From the NCBI RefSeq assembly GCF_040938485.1, contig NW_027271522.1:744001-808000 (forward strand): 64,000 bases of DNA. The letters are read 5' to 3'. Of the stretch, positions 50,801 to 63,790 are shown piece after piece. Below the pieces are notes generated by a model, which searched no databases, was not told the DNA's origin, and was given only the letters and a program-made list of their open reading frames with translations. Every line of letters begins with the position of its first letter. Positions within the stretch are counted from its first letter, which is position 1. The DNA comes from Diadema antillarum (lineage: Eukaryota). Made by a program: the position numbers and the translations under genes.

Positions 50801-52565
50801 TTTTAAGGCCCCGAAGTAGCACTTAGACAGGTCGATCATTTTGGATGTTATCAATTCTAAAATTTGATTGTAATTTTTGAGCGACATACTGCAGTATGTC
50901 CAATAAAAATTACAATCAGATTTTCGCATTGATAACATTCAATATGATTATTTTTTTCAATGCTACTTCAGGGTCTTAAAACATAACATCTTAGCTCTAT
51001 TTTGCAGAAATCCCCATTCGATTTGGTTAAGTGGTCACAGAGAAATGGGGATTGTAGTAAAGCATGTCATGAGTCTGATTCTTCCAAGTTTAGCACTTCG
51101 ATGATTTTGTGTGTAAACAATAAACAGAACTTGGACAAAAGAGATTCCCGACATCCTCTACAAAATTCCTCATTTCTCTTTGACCACTGAAGCAAATCGA
51201 ATGGGGTTTTTTGTAAGATGTGGGCAATGAGTTATAGTTTCACACCCTGAATTTGTATTTAGATTAATGCAACATTTTTAAAGATATCATTGCGTAGGGC
51301 CCCGTTGTAATTTTTTTTTTGGGACATACGGTACTATAATAGATAATGAAATAAACGGATGAGGCGACCGACATGGGCAAACGAACAGGACATTAACAGA
51401 AAGAAAGGCCAATTATTTTATGCAAGCGACTCACTGAGTACAGGCGGGCATTTCATGCAGCATTTCGTCCGACAAAGCCAATCAGATGCAAGGATTTTAG
51501 TAGCTTGTAACAGTTTGCCAGAAAAAAATATCCGACCAAATTGCTTCGTGAAATGCCCCCAGGAGTTGTGGCTTGAGAGGATAAGAAACAATTCTCAAGC
51601 TTACTTGTGTCGCCGCACACCACTCCCGCGTCTTCCCTATGCGAACAGTCATGGATGCCCCACGCCTTTTCCACTCGACAATCTCTCAGAAGTTTCTGGT
51701 CGATACACATAACCCCATCAAGCAGAATTGGACCTGTTCCTTGACCGAAAGGTGGTTCAGAACGAGATGGAGAAGGGTTTGTACGAGCTTCTAACGCTTT
51801 GGGATAACCCAGCTCTTTGCATGCGACCCATGCATCGGTTATATCCCAGCCGTCATCACACACAGTTCCCCATTCTCCAGACTCGCTGAGAACTTCTATA
51901 CGTCCCTCAGAAGGTGTCGAGCCGTTGACCAGCCGAAGGCTTCCTAGATATGACATTGGAGAAATTACAACCCACAAATGAAGAAATCGTACCTGACGGA
52001 TGATCACAGTATAATGGGATTGTTAGAAAAAGTGAATACCTCATCGCTTATATCTCTCTTGATATGTAGCATATAATACACAACTTATTGTAATTGGCAT
52101 AGCTAAAAATGGCATCAAGTTAAGAGCATGTACCAAATTAGAAGTTCCATAGGATTATGAGATTTGTTTTAGTACCTCTTTACTTCCGTGTGATTATTTG
52201 TTTGTTTCCTTTCCATTTGAGGAGATGACTGGATACAGCCCAGCTGCAATAGCTGATCTTCCAGGGGATCCAGTTGGATGTTAGGCGGGACCACTTCACC
52301 GGGTTAAATACCTTGCTCTTTGCGATGAATAGATAAAGCGGGATATTCTACATGCATGAGTTGTGGCTGTCTCACACACGGAACCTCCATTAATATGTCC
52401 TATCAGAAGGATAGTGTGTTTTGCCTCTTGCTAGAGGGAACGGTATGATTACACACAACATTCCTCAGTGGGACTCGGGAATCGAACCCGTGTCCTTTCA
52501 ATCGTGAGGCAGACGCGCTACTGACTGAACTAACTCACCGCCCCTACAATGTCATCAAATTTACT

Positions 52566-52599
<34 letters not shown>

Positions 52600-55500
52600 C
52601 TCACACACATCACTATAGGATACGAAAATAAGCAGATTCATGTCCATCACATGTGGACATGGGTGTTAGAATACTCATGGGGAAAGGGTTACAGGCTGCT
52701 TATGCATACTGTGCCTTCATAAACTTGAAGACTAAAAATCAAGTGGGAAGATGTATATTACGGGCGGGTGAATTAAGACACGATAACACCTTTACCTCGA
52801 GTTGTGCACGTTGCGGCAGCATATTTTGATTCGTGACAACTCTTGACGCCTACACCGACATGCTGACAGGTTGATAGGTTGGATTCAAGGCCATTACATT
52901 GCACTTTATCTAGGAGTACGGGACGAATTCTTCGCCAAAACAAAGGAAATGGCGAAGCTACCAGGGCCAGGTCCGCCCCGACGTAGCCGAGTTGTTTGCA
53001 GACGACCTCGGCATCCTCGGGTCCCCACAGGTTGTCGCATATCGCGCCCCAAGTATCGTCAAGGAAGACTTCAACACGACCCTCAGAGTCAACACTGCCG
53101 TCGACTAGTCGAACAGACCAGGGATCTACAATTCAAGAGTTAATTAAATGAACATAGGACGACTGTAATCTGTATGTCATTTTTACAGAATGCATAGCTA
53201 TCTTCTTGTTATTTGCATGAAGTCAAGGCGGCATTAAATTTGAATTCTCTTTTTTCTTTTCTTTTCTTTTTTTTTTACCAAGGAGTTGCTAAACAATAAT
53301 GATTATCCGTGTGTGCATATACAACTCGTAGCTACTTTATGGCAGAAATCATATCAAGTTCTGAGAACTTAGTTCGGTCTGAAATGGTCTTACTCAGTAG
53401 TCATGAAGCTGTTGAATGAATTGATTTTAAAAGCGAAAACGGTGGTAGACAAATGTAAACGTACAAAGCACCCAGCCCTCTCATCAAAATGATGATCTGA
53501 ACAACTCAGTCAAATTCCTGTACAGATAGGATTTGTCATTCAGTATAGACAAAACGGGGTATGAAAAATGAAGTGTGTTTAGGTCTAATTGTAGTCCCGT
53601 AGCTGTATCGATTTGTAGTCTGTGTTTGTCAACCTTTATTTCCTTTGAATAGATGAACTGTTATCCTTATTCATGTTCACATAAATTAATCAAACGAGCA
53701 AACCTGTGCAATGGTTATTTTTTTGTATTTCAAAGTTCCAATCATGGGCAGTGGCGTACCGCGGGCCAAGACAATGGGGGGGGGGGGGGGGGGGGTGGCA
53801 CCTCGTGGAAAAGTAATTTTGAGGGTGTGTATGCTTGTGCGTGCGTGTGTGTCCTGTGTGTGTGCGCTGTCAGTCTGCAAACTTAATGGGGACTACAATA
53901 CGTAAAATGTGATACATTCCACAGCGCGGTCATTGAGCAACATTGTAAGTTTTCCTTACATGGATTATGGAATGACGGTGTGAAACGACAAATTACTTGC
54001 AGCAACCAGGGAGGTGTGAGAGAGAAAACACCTCCCTGCAGCAACATCAGGAGAATTGCATAACAATTGAATGCGAGCGAGCTTGAAAATTTCGACATTT
54101 TACAGTCCAAAAACTGCCGTTTGTAGCTATATTTTTTCGCTGTGGAATTTAAGGGGGCGCACCGGGCGCAACTGCTGGCAATTACTAGCAGCAACATCAA
54201 GAGAATGGCATAACGATTAAATGAGAGCGAGCGAAGCGAGCGAGCTTGAATATTTTGACACTGTATAGTCCAAAAACTGCCGTTGGTAGCTATTCTTTTT
54301 TCGCTTTAAGAAAATAAGGGGGGGGGGGCACCGGGCGCAACTGCTGGCAATGATTGGCAGCAATATCAGAATGGCATAGCGATTAAATACGAGTGAGCGG
54401 AGCGAGCGAGCTTGAAATTTTTGACATTTTACAGTCCCAGAACTGCCGTTTGTAGCTCTTTTCACTTTGGAAATTAAGGGGGGGGGGGGCACCGGGCGCA
54501 ATTGCTGGCAATTACTGGTACAACATCAGGAGAATTGCATAACAATTACATGCGAGCGAGCGAAGCGAGCGAGCTTGAAAATTTTGACATTCTACAGTCC
54601 CAAAACTGCTGTTTTTAGCTATATCTTTTCGCTTTTGAAATTAAGGGGAGGGGCACCGGGCGCAACTGATGGCAATTACTGGCACAACATCAAAAGAATG
54701 GAATAGCGATTAAATGCGAGCGAGCGGAGCAAGCGAGCTTGAAAATTTTGACATTTTACAGTCCAAAAAACTGCCGTTTTTAGCTATTTTGTTCGCTTTG
54801 GCCGGAAATTAAGAGGGAACCTCACCCCCTCCCCCGATCCACTACTGATAGTCAGAGGTGTCGGTTTATGTTCATGATTTGGGGAGGTATGACCAGTGAG
54901 GGGGCGTCGAAGTGACCAAGCGGGGGAAGGATGTCAAAATCTGCACTTTAGGGCATCCCCTACTTGTTTGTGTTTGTGTGTTTTATATACATGGAAAAGT
55001 TAGGAAATAATCCAGGTCAAGTCTTATTATTGGCAATGCAAGGCATTTTAATATAGACTGGCATGTAAAGCAACACTGCAAAATAAATAATCTAGCTTTG
55101 ATATAACGAAGCGTAAGGTACAACGGTGTACATTTTACATCACATTGCAGCGACTCTTTTTGCCGTTCGGATGTTCTGAGTACACTGCACACATCCTGCT
55201 TATATTCAGAATGCCAACCAGGAATCCCACTGAATCACAATCTTTTGTCGGCTCTGGGCTTTTTGAACTGTGTTTCACACTATATACGTCTTTAATTATG
55301 GCTAAAAGAAATCTGAGAAAAAATATCTTATTTCTTGATCACCCTTTCATGTCGATGTCAAGAGCAGATTACTAACACTTGAATTACCATTTTGGTAAGT
55401 TTTTGGTTTTTGTTCTGTTTTGTTTTGTATTTTGTATTTTTTTTTAACCAGAGGATTGGGGGCACGCACGTGCCTCCCCCAGTGCCCCCCCCCCCCCCTC

Positions 55501-58500
55501 CGTAGTTACGCCACTGATCATGGGCATACTTATTGGAGTAGGATTCGAACCTACGACCCCCTGAAATCCGCGCAAGCGTCTTCTCTACCTGACCACCGAG
55601 CTTCCGCCCGAAAGCCAGTGCAGGGTTTAATCTTTGTAGACCACCATTTTAACTTTGTCTACTTTACTATCGTATGAAACAAGAATTTATAAGTTCAACC
55701 ATAAAGCTACCACCTGCTTTCGGTATTATGCTTGCACCGCCACAATGGAATTCACTGTAAAAACACGGGACATCAATCCGGGAATCAATCTAATACACAT
55801 GTATCTATCACTCTCGTTTCCAAACAGTGAGTGCCCAAACAGTCTATGACATGTTAATGTGTCTCATATTTGGAAATCTTGGATTTACGGAAATGAAAAA
55901 AAAAATGCTGCCTCTTCAGAGCTTTAAAAAAATTATATATATTAATTTGATCATTGCTCTTTCATCAAGGTTTAACGGGAAAATCAAAATCATATTGTTA
56001 TATTATTTTGTATTAGATCCTTCACATTGTTGTGTTTCAATTTGTAGGATTTTTGTGTATTTTAGTATAAATCATTTTATTCTCTCCGTGTTTTGTTTCT
56101 TTATTGTAAGTAACTTTAATCGTTTGGTATTTTAATGTATAAATTGCAATACGTATTTCTTTTCTACCTGTTACATGTTATTAAATAGTATATACTAGCT
56201 GTATTTCCAACGAATTGTAAAGTATGAATTGAATGGAATTATGACTGCTACATGTCATAGGTCTATCCATTGATTCATATAATACATTTTCCATTCTCTC
56301 TGCGACAGAGAAAGAACGAGTTAGCAAACGCGAGGATAGTTGGAACTGCTCACCATCAACTATGACGTAATTTGAGTTAATATTCTAACAGTTATTGTAT
56401 GTCCCGTGTTTTATTTACCATGAAATCCGTAGTCATGCCGGCTGTGATTGGTCAATATCAAAGGAGGAAATAGAGACCGTATACATTTTGAGGTTTATGT
56501 TCAAACTGACACATCAACGATCATGATGGTAAAATATATACACGCCAACACACTGTACACCGATATGAACTGGAGCATATCATCGTGTAGCAACGCCTAT
56601 AAAACTATCGGTGTATTTGTCTTAAATACTTTATCTTTTGTATTAAAAAAATATCCTCTAGTGATTGGTTGAAAGAGCTTCACGTGATTATATGTATTGT
56701 CAGATATGTCAGAATGTTGGCATGTTTGACATTCCATGCAGTACTTTTTGCAAATTGACGTCACTTCTACGACGACGTTTTGCAAACAGTAAACTATTTG
56801 CAAAATGATGTCACACAGCAATTCACCGAAATTGTGCACAGATTTGTACAGTCACTGAAATGCAACAATTTTTAACAAAACAATCAAGTTACATCACAAA
56901 GCAGTTGTGACATTGTGCTCTGCTTCTAAGGGTCAGTGTGGGATTTCTATTCATACACAGCATCGCATCCTAGGCACGACTTCCCGCCTCGCGTTTTTTC
57001 CTATTTCCCCTTCTTTTGTTTGATTTTTTTATCCAAAATGCAAAACAAATATGCTTTTCCTAATTTCGAGTTTTTGGTTAGAATTGTAGTCTTCAGTGCC
57101 ACTAAGAAACTATTCACTTCGTGGCTACGCCCCTTTGTGATAAGTTCTTTTGGAGTAACCTTTGACCACATTTTTAACCAAGAAATTCTCAAGGCAAAGT
57201 ATATTTGCATACCACCTTTTGATATAAATGTGCATAATGACTCAGCTTTCCACTTACCCTTACTAGTCTTCTTCACCTATTGTAAAGGTTCATCATTCCA
57301 TCAAAAATCCTATTTTGAATCAATTTCACACACTATTGCACAGATTGGGGGTACATCATGCGAACAGCTTGAAGTTTGATGCAGGCAACAACCACTTGTA
57401 TTTATAGGACTGTGCTATTGTTTAATCGACTCCAAGACACAAGAACTTTATTGCTGTCGTACAAATTACTTGTAGAGACATCTGAAGTGTGACACAGACA
57501 TATATAACTATATCGTAATATATAAATATATGATAATGTATAATTATCGTAAGGTACTACAATCATTGTACATTCTTTTCTCCTACAAAGTTTTATGCAC
57601 CTTATTTTCTGTTACCCAAAAAAGTGATGTCTAAATGTTCTTGTCGAAAAATTAATTAAAAAATTTAATTGAATTGAATTGAATTGAATGAAATGGAATA
57701 TTCATGAACGCATCAAAGACCGAAGTGAATCTTTGCCAGAGTTTCACTGTCAATGCATAGTGAAAAACATAATGAAAAAATCGTCGTATTCGCAAGTAAC
57801 CAAACAACACACATACACACGCACAATGCAATAATTTATAATATTTGTATTTATGAATAAACATAATAAACACTCTATCATGTGCGCTTGTGTCAAGCGT
57901 TATACTATACAACTCGAAAAGGTAATTTAGCATATAAACACAATATTTCATGAAGAATGTAGATCTATGTTGATTGATTGATTGATTGAATTTATTGCCA
58001 CTTCATGGGGTGAAACACCCTGATCAGCAGAGCTGGTTTCCATAGGGGTCCACTTCCATAGACATATAGGCCTATTATTATATAATTTACATAGTTTGTA
58101 TTTTTTTCTAATCATCCCCATGAAATTAGCCATTATCGTTCCATTCCTTGATTGTCTAGCATATCCAAAATTTTAGAAAAAAAAAGTTTATTATAGATTA
58201 TTGTTTAAAAAAACAAACCATGATATACTTATTTCAAATCAATGTGATTCCAGGAGGAATTATTCAACTGCCTTAACATTAAAACAAATCTATGATAAAA
58301 TCACGAGTGCTCTTACTAATAAAGAATGATAAAATTATGTTTTACTGTAGGTATACATTCTGTGATTTTCAGTCAGGTACTCGACACTCTTGACCACGCT
58401 GTTTACTCTCCAAACTCAGTCATTATGGGTATTCGGGGTCAAGCACTTTTATGATTTAAAGATTATTCAACCCATAGAAAACAATAAGCTACTTTAAATG

Positions 58501-59984
58501 GGTTTTATTCCAATCCTCTTCTTATCAAACATGTCAAATGCGGTGTTCATTAGAAAGGTTCAATCTCGGGCTCGCTATTATTCCTTCTTAATGTCGATGA
58601 ATCATTAATACATCTTCCCCTCTTTTCTTTATTCTATTTTATTTGCTGGTGACACTTAGATATTTCATTCTCATAAAGATTTCAAGACTTTGAGTAATAC
58701 TTAATAAAATAAAAGTCTGATAAACTTTCTTTCAATATAAGAATAGTCATTTGTATTTTCAATTTTAAACTTCATTCTCATAACACATACGGCAATACAT
58801 ATTACGATTATTGATATACCATCAGAAAAGAAAACAAATTTAAAATCTTGAGCCGTATATGATAATATAGACGAAACTTTGACTTGGAATTAGCATTTGC
58901 ATAATGTTATATGTTAAATACATTATGTATTTCTAAAAACATAGGGATTATTTCTAAGCTGTAGTTTTTCCTCCCTTTTTTTTCACTCTCTATTTTATTT
59001 CATTCAACTACACTGCAACCAACTGATCACCTAATTTCCTCCAGGAGAGTTATTCTTTTCATGAGGCCCCATCCATTTCGAGCTTTCGTTCACGATGGTG
59101 GTCTCCTGCATTCACTTATCTCTGTTATTTACTTTAAAAAATATAAATCTTATTGCACGTTTCTGTATATGTATTCTGTTCGATACATTTACTTATGTTT
59201 ACATATTTGTGTAATGTGATATTATTATTTTAAATCACTGCTTTTGTTATTCTTCAATGTTCTTCGTCTAAATGCTTTTGAAATTTGTATTTGATTTTTA
59301 TTGGACCGAATGCGGAAATAAAATTATATCAAATCAAAACAAATCAAATACATTTTGTATACATTCATATGCATACATGATATTCGTAACTATACAAATC
59401 ACAAATAGAGTGTGGACGCTTTGAGGGCCATGGTCACAAATAGGGGCAAAGCGTAGTTTGATTCTCTTTCTTGCTCAGTATGTTGATCCTCAACCATTTC
59501 TGAATACCAGCTCTGTTACTTTTCATGACAGTTGTGCAAAATGTGTCGCCGTCAATCGAGAAAACTGTTCCAATGAATGTTGAACAAATTATATTGGAAT
59601 ATACTTCTTTTCGTTTTAAATAGATGGAGCAGACTAGGCGACAGGGACGTGGACATTTTGTCCACGAGCTTAGCTTTTAACCATGTCTCCTCCATTTCCT
59701 GCAACTTCAATTTTAATTCAATTTCATCTGCTTTTCTTATGCGCAGTATTGTTAAGTATTTTTCTTTGTTACTACATTGTATTGATATTGTGTTACTTTG
59801 CGTATGACAAAGTTTTGCACTGATGGAAATAAAATAAATGAAATGAATGAAAAAATGATGGGGGGGGGGGGGCAAACAATCAGTGCTACTTACCCCTTGT
59901 CATTTCTGCCTGACTTCCATTGACCTTCAACCACATAAAGTACATGGACAAGTAAACCAAGAGCCAAGTCACGTCTCTTGACAT
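38841..59984 (-). CDS. Type I membrane SRCR scavenger receptor (paralog A): signal peptide, 6 group-A-like SRCR domains, TM, PPxY tail; 815 aa
   Basis: Exons 59984-59894, 53125-52796, 51943-51605, 50388-50080, 47623-47300, 44935-44606, 41487-41357, 40939-40684, 39178-38841. They total 2448 bp, all GT-AG and phase-compatible, with no internal stop. Signal MSRDVTWLLVYLSMYFMWLKVNG; tail LYCCCR..PPPPY..PPTY. Confidence 0.88.
39904..40240. mobile_element. Degenerate copy of the TTAA foldback MITE
   Basis: TTAA|AGGGATGGTATAGTATTGG; the internal arms match 34-416; the right terminus is eroded. Confidence 0.7.
41868..42026. mobile_element. Small PIF/Harbinger-like MITE
   Basis: GGCCCCATTTCATAAAG ... 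TTTTATGAAATGGGGCC; no clean TSD. Confidence 0.65.
43212..43743. mobile_element. CACT-terminal MITE with TA flanks (EnSpm/CMC-like)
   Basis: TA|CACTGTAAAAA ... TTTTTGCAATG|TA, with many AACACC/GGTGTT motifs. Confidence 0.75.
45314..46501. mobile_element. 1.19-kb non-autonomous TIR element, AT/ATAT flanks, superfamily unassigned
   Basis: ATAT|GGGTAATTCCATTAAAAAGGGTCCCACTT ... AAAGTGGGTCCCTATTTTATGGAGATACCC|ATAT, with internal GGTGTCCCC / TTACACG repeats. Confidence 0.75.
47983..49993 (-). mobile_element. Helentron-type non-autonomous element, same family as 9311-9811, enlarged by insertions
   Basis: CTAGAAAAGCACTCCGAGAGCGCAGACCTCCGCCAAG at the left end (rc of the 3' hairpin end) and CTTGGCGGAGGTAA at the right end. 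Confidence 0.75.
48091..49020. repeat. Nested inverted repeat (arms of about 170 bp) with GCCGCCATTTTGAATTCCAATATGGC motifs
   Basis: AGATGCTCACATCCGGCGGAAAG.. at 48091 vs ..TTTCCGCCAGATGTGAGCATCT at 49020. The motif recurs near 48195, 48360 and 48520, and inverted near 48885. Confidence 0.7.
50449..51331. mobile_element. Tc1/mariner-type MITE with long (over 200 bp) TIRs
   Basis: TA|CAGTATGTCCCCAAAAAAAAAATTACAACGGG ... CCCGTTGTAATTTTTTTTTTGGGACATACGG|TA; the arms are near-perfect complements. Confidence 0.85.
52195..52544 (-). mobile_element. tRNA-derived SINE, possibly with a Deu/Nin-type core
   Basis: The rc head GGGGCGGTGAGTTAGTTCAG..GGGTTCGATTCCCGAGTCC has A and B boxes. The body has TGTAGAATATCCC..AAGAGCAAGG..CCCGGTG and an AAAC-type tail. 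Confidence 0.65.
53749..55516. mobile_element. hAT-type non-autonomous element with 8-bp TSD and internal tandem array (about 160-bp period)
   Basis: ATCATGGG|CAGTGGCGTA ... TACGCCACTG|ATCATGGG. Five GAGCGAGCTTGAAAATTTTGACATTTTACAGTCC units lie between about 54075 and 54780. Confidence 0.85.
55535..55610 (-). mobile_element. tRNA-derived SINE head fragment
   Basis: GGATTCGAACCTACGACC B-box complement and an upstream A-box-like CTGACCACCGAGCT. Confidence 0.5.
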
Positions 59985-60719
59985 AGCTGTTCCTGTCAGG
60001 ATTTTCGTGTAAGGTAAAATGGCACTCTAAGTAGTGAGAGGAATCATACGAATTCTGCTGAAGAAAGAACCCTACATCATAATTCACTCGGCAGTCTTAA
60101 CACGACTCTGCATGCCCACCTCTTCCAGCCACGTATCCAAATTCATAAGTGCTTCTATGTTCTTGATACAGCTCATCACACCAGAATACGCGTGTTGTTT
60201 GCCTTGCTGTGACATCGCTTTGCATTTCTGGCACACAACTGCAAACAGTGTGAATATAAACAAGGAAAAATGGGCCAGAGCAAATAATCGCAATCATTGT
60301 TGCATCCTTCAGGGAGCTTGTTGGTTTCTTTTTTTTTTTGTTCCAGTTCTATTTTGGCATCCGTTTACAACGTAAGAGAGTATGGTAAGTACCTGTTACA
60401 AGAAACGGTTTGCTACATTGGCACATTGCACATCTGACATGTCTGGCCTGATATATTGAGGGAGGAATAAAGTCTGGGGTCGGGGAAAAAAGTAGGACCT
60501 TTGAATCATAAAGCGCGATATAAACACTTTTTTTCGCTTATAATAGATCCATGGTACCGGTGCATTTAGTCAAAGTTAAAGCCTTCCTACCACACTCAAA
60601 CTTTTGAAAACTTCACCAATTTATTGCACTGCTCAGGACAAAATCCAACCCTATCAATTAACATAAATTGTCAATTGATAACATTTTTTGGTAATTCATT
60701 TCAATTTTTAGATTCTTCT

Positions 60720-61526
60720 ACAATTCTAACCGATATGACTGATCATTTCCCTGTTTAATCTTAAGCATGCGTTTATTAAGCTTCATGTTCCTTTAACCAG
60801 ACGAAGAGCCACACCAAAAAATTTAGCTAGCCTTGGTGCCAGCTTAGACAGAGCTGATTGGTCTGTGTTCATGACAACGATGATGTTGATATGTCATTTG
60901 ATAATTTTTTACGTGATTGGTAGAAATTTTGATGAATATATAAGAAATCAAGTATTACAAAAATTCGACTAGATGATTTAATTTTTGAAGATTCTAGCGA
61001 TATGGCCAATATTTTTTATTCTTATTTTTCAATGATTAGAGAGAATTTGGCGAAAGAAGTACCACCGTCTAATACACATTTTTCATTTTTTAGGCCAATC
61101 TAATTCCAGTACGAAACATGAAATAATGGATATCGTTACTGGAATGACTAACAAACGCAGTGCAGGTTATGATGACATAAGTAATTTCATTCTAAAGGGT
61201 ATTATGATTATCTTCAATTGTGGACGAACTTGCACATATTTTCAATAAGTCTATGTTATATGGTATTTTTCCTGATCAAATGAAAATTGCTAAGGTTGTC
61301 CCTTTATTTAAAAAAGGAAATGATCTTGATATAAGCAATTATAGACCCATTTCTTTAATTTCATTCTTATCTAAAATTTTAGAAGAAATGAATATTCACA
61401 TGAACAATTAATTTCCTTAACTCTCAGTTTGGGTTTCGTCGGAAGCACGACACTATTCACTCTTTATTGAAGTTTATTGATAATGCCGCGCATACAATAG
61501 ATAATCATTCACATCTTGTTGGTATA
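60720..61526 (+). mobile_element. Decayed CR1/L2-like LINE (end of APE domain to RT)
   Basis: TDMTDHFPV, KRSAGYDDIS, IFNKSMLYGIFPDQMKIAKVVPLFKKG..NYRPISLISFLSKILE, SQFGFRRKHDT..VGI; frameshifted. Confidence 0.85.
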
Positions 61527-62087
61527 GGGGTGGTATTCTGTAAGCGCGATCCTTATTTCGATCCTAGGAGCGCGCGTAGGACAGAAAATAGGATACCCTT
61601 GGGACAGGCAAAATCGGTATTCTGTAAGCCTGTCCTAAGCCTATCCTAGGACAGTCATTTATGAATAATGAATATTAATGAGGAAAGACAGGATACGCCC
61701 GACGCAGTATCTATAAGCCAATCATCTGGCTAATTTTACGCAATGCGCGCCCAAGATCTACATTGCTCAAGAGTGCGCTTCACGCAGCTCTACTGTGTGC
61801 AAGGAGTTAAAAATGTATTGTCAGTCTAATTTTACAGTTAAGAATACAATTTCGATTATCAAAGCTTTAGCACGCTCTTAGCCCACCATAATAAATGTAG
61901 ACCTTACGAGTTCCATTAATTTGCATTTAAAGTTTTTGCAGAAATTAGCTCAAATTTTGAACTTTTGGAGGATGTTGGGGTAAACTGGGATATCATCACT
62001 GCATGCCAAACTTCGCCCTTAATTCAAAGTTATTATAAAATATATAAGATTTTCTTAAATATAAAAAAAAAATAATAATAATAGATG

Positions 62088-62125
<38 letters not shown>

Positions 62126-62853
62126 CGCTCACATTATTTTATGATCGATATGCTTGTAATAATAATGTCTTGCTTATAGTTACTGTTTGCCCTCTTAAAC
62201 CAAACCAATGTTCCATTTCTCCCAGGAAAAAAATAACAAAGACAACACAAATACGACACTTACAGGAATATAGCGTAGCAACCCGTCATGTGGCTAGCAT
62301 CAAAAGTCTTTGGGTCCGATTTAACATGTGTGCCCCATTCTAAATATCAGAAAGTTATTCGAGAAAATTCATCAAATCACAATTTTTTTTGTTGTCCCAT
62401 TTAATTCACCCCGCTAGCTCTCCCTATCTTTATTTTAGTAGACTTACATGCTGGGCAATGATAACAGAATAAATAAAGGAGATTTATACTGATAGATTAA
62501 ACAAAGATATAAACACGGAGCTACTATACTGTAGCTCCATAATATCCTTGTATAAACACGTAAGTTCACTACATTTTGGAAAAAAAAAGTTAACCCATGC
62601 ACATAGACTGTTAGGTCACCGGGTTGCGTCACATACTATACATACGTCTTAACAATAATGTGTGCGTATGGATCGTTGCGTTACTAGTACTTTTCATATT
62701 CTACACGCGACCTTTTTTCTTTGGTTACTAGATCTTCATAGCAACGACTTCGAGGGTCACGTAATGAGGGCGGCGAAGGTAGGCTACTTGCACTGCGTCC
62801 GCATGACGTTCAGGCCGACGCTGAGCATAATGATAATGATAACAACAATAATG

Positions 62854-62899
<46 letters not shown>

Positions 62900-63617
62900 T
62901 GATAATAATAATAATAATAATAATAACAATAATAATGAAAATGATAATAATAATGATATTAATAATGATTATCATTGTTACCATATTAATAATTATAATA
63001 ATAGCTTTTGTTGTTATTGTGTACATGATATACTTTTGATTTATTTTGTGCCGAATTAATGAAGTGTGAATTGAATTGAAAATGGCGAACAACAAACAAA
63101 TAAACACATACCAGCTAGATAAAGAATAGAATTGTTTCGAACATTATAGACTGCAGTTTTAGAATCCTCATTATGAGAGGAACAGATAACTCTGTTATAC
63201 GATTCATGTATTTATTTTCTTGTTCATGAACATACAAAATAAGAGACAGTAAGTCGTCAGTAGGCCTATATACGCAATAGCCCGGCATAATCGCCAGAGA
63301 AAGATTGCCTAGAGGCTATCCTTATTTTTGCTCCTAAACTTGATCCTACTTGTGCTTACAGAATACCACTTATCTTAAGATCTCATTAACATCTAATTAC
63401 ATCTAATTAACATATCAAGTTACGCCCCTATCCTAAACTGGGAGAGAAATAAGGATCCCTGACGTCACTATCCTATTTCTCCTCCTACGCGCGGTGTTAC
63501 AGAATACCAATCGCGCATTTAGGAGCGAGAGCTGTCCTAGGATCCTTCTTCTTCTGATTAAGTCTGCCTCCTTCAATAGACTGAAGATTCTTGCAGATCC
63601 TTACAGACTACCACCCC
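61527..63617. mobile_element. 2.09-kb non-autonomous TIR element (PIF/Harbinger-like GGGG termini) inserted into the LINE
   Basis: GGGGTGGTATTCTGTAAG ... CTTACAGACTACCACCCC, with internal TATTCTGTAA / TTACAGAATA copies. It separates LINE codons VGI and DF-KAFD. Confidence 0.7.
62826..63002. repeat. (AAT/GAT)n microsatellite
   Basis: Direct ATA/ATG triplet run. Confidence 0.95.
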
Positions 63618-63790
63618 TGGACTTCTTCAAGGCCTTCGATTCAATTAATCATGACAGTTTATTTCACAAATTGTCACATTATGGCATAAGGGGGAAGGCC
63701 TTGGAGTGGTTAAGGAGTTACCTGCAAAACCGAAAACAATATATATCTCTGAACGAGAATAACTCAAGTTTCAAATTTATCTATAATGTG
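63618..63790 (+). mobile_element. Continuation of the CR1-like LINE RT
   Basis: DFFKAFDSINHDSLFHKLSHYGIRGKALEWLRSYLQNRKQYISLN..(frameshift)GVPQG. Confidence 0.85.

Noticed and set aside
52470-52544. tRNA-like sequence
   Set aside because: No proper acceptor stem, and it continues into a SINE-like body and tail; treated as a SINE head.
58000-59400. AT-rich stretch with faint LINE-like character
   Set aside because: No RT or endonuclease motif could be read with confidence.
60084-60297. Short minus ORFs with hydrophobic N-termini upstream of gene A
   Set aside because: The homologous region of gene B (about 32850-33080) does not conserve the frames; probably 5' UTR or promoter.
62662-63107. 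Poly-Ile ORFs on both strands
   Set aside because: Translation of an (AAT)n microsatellite.
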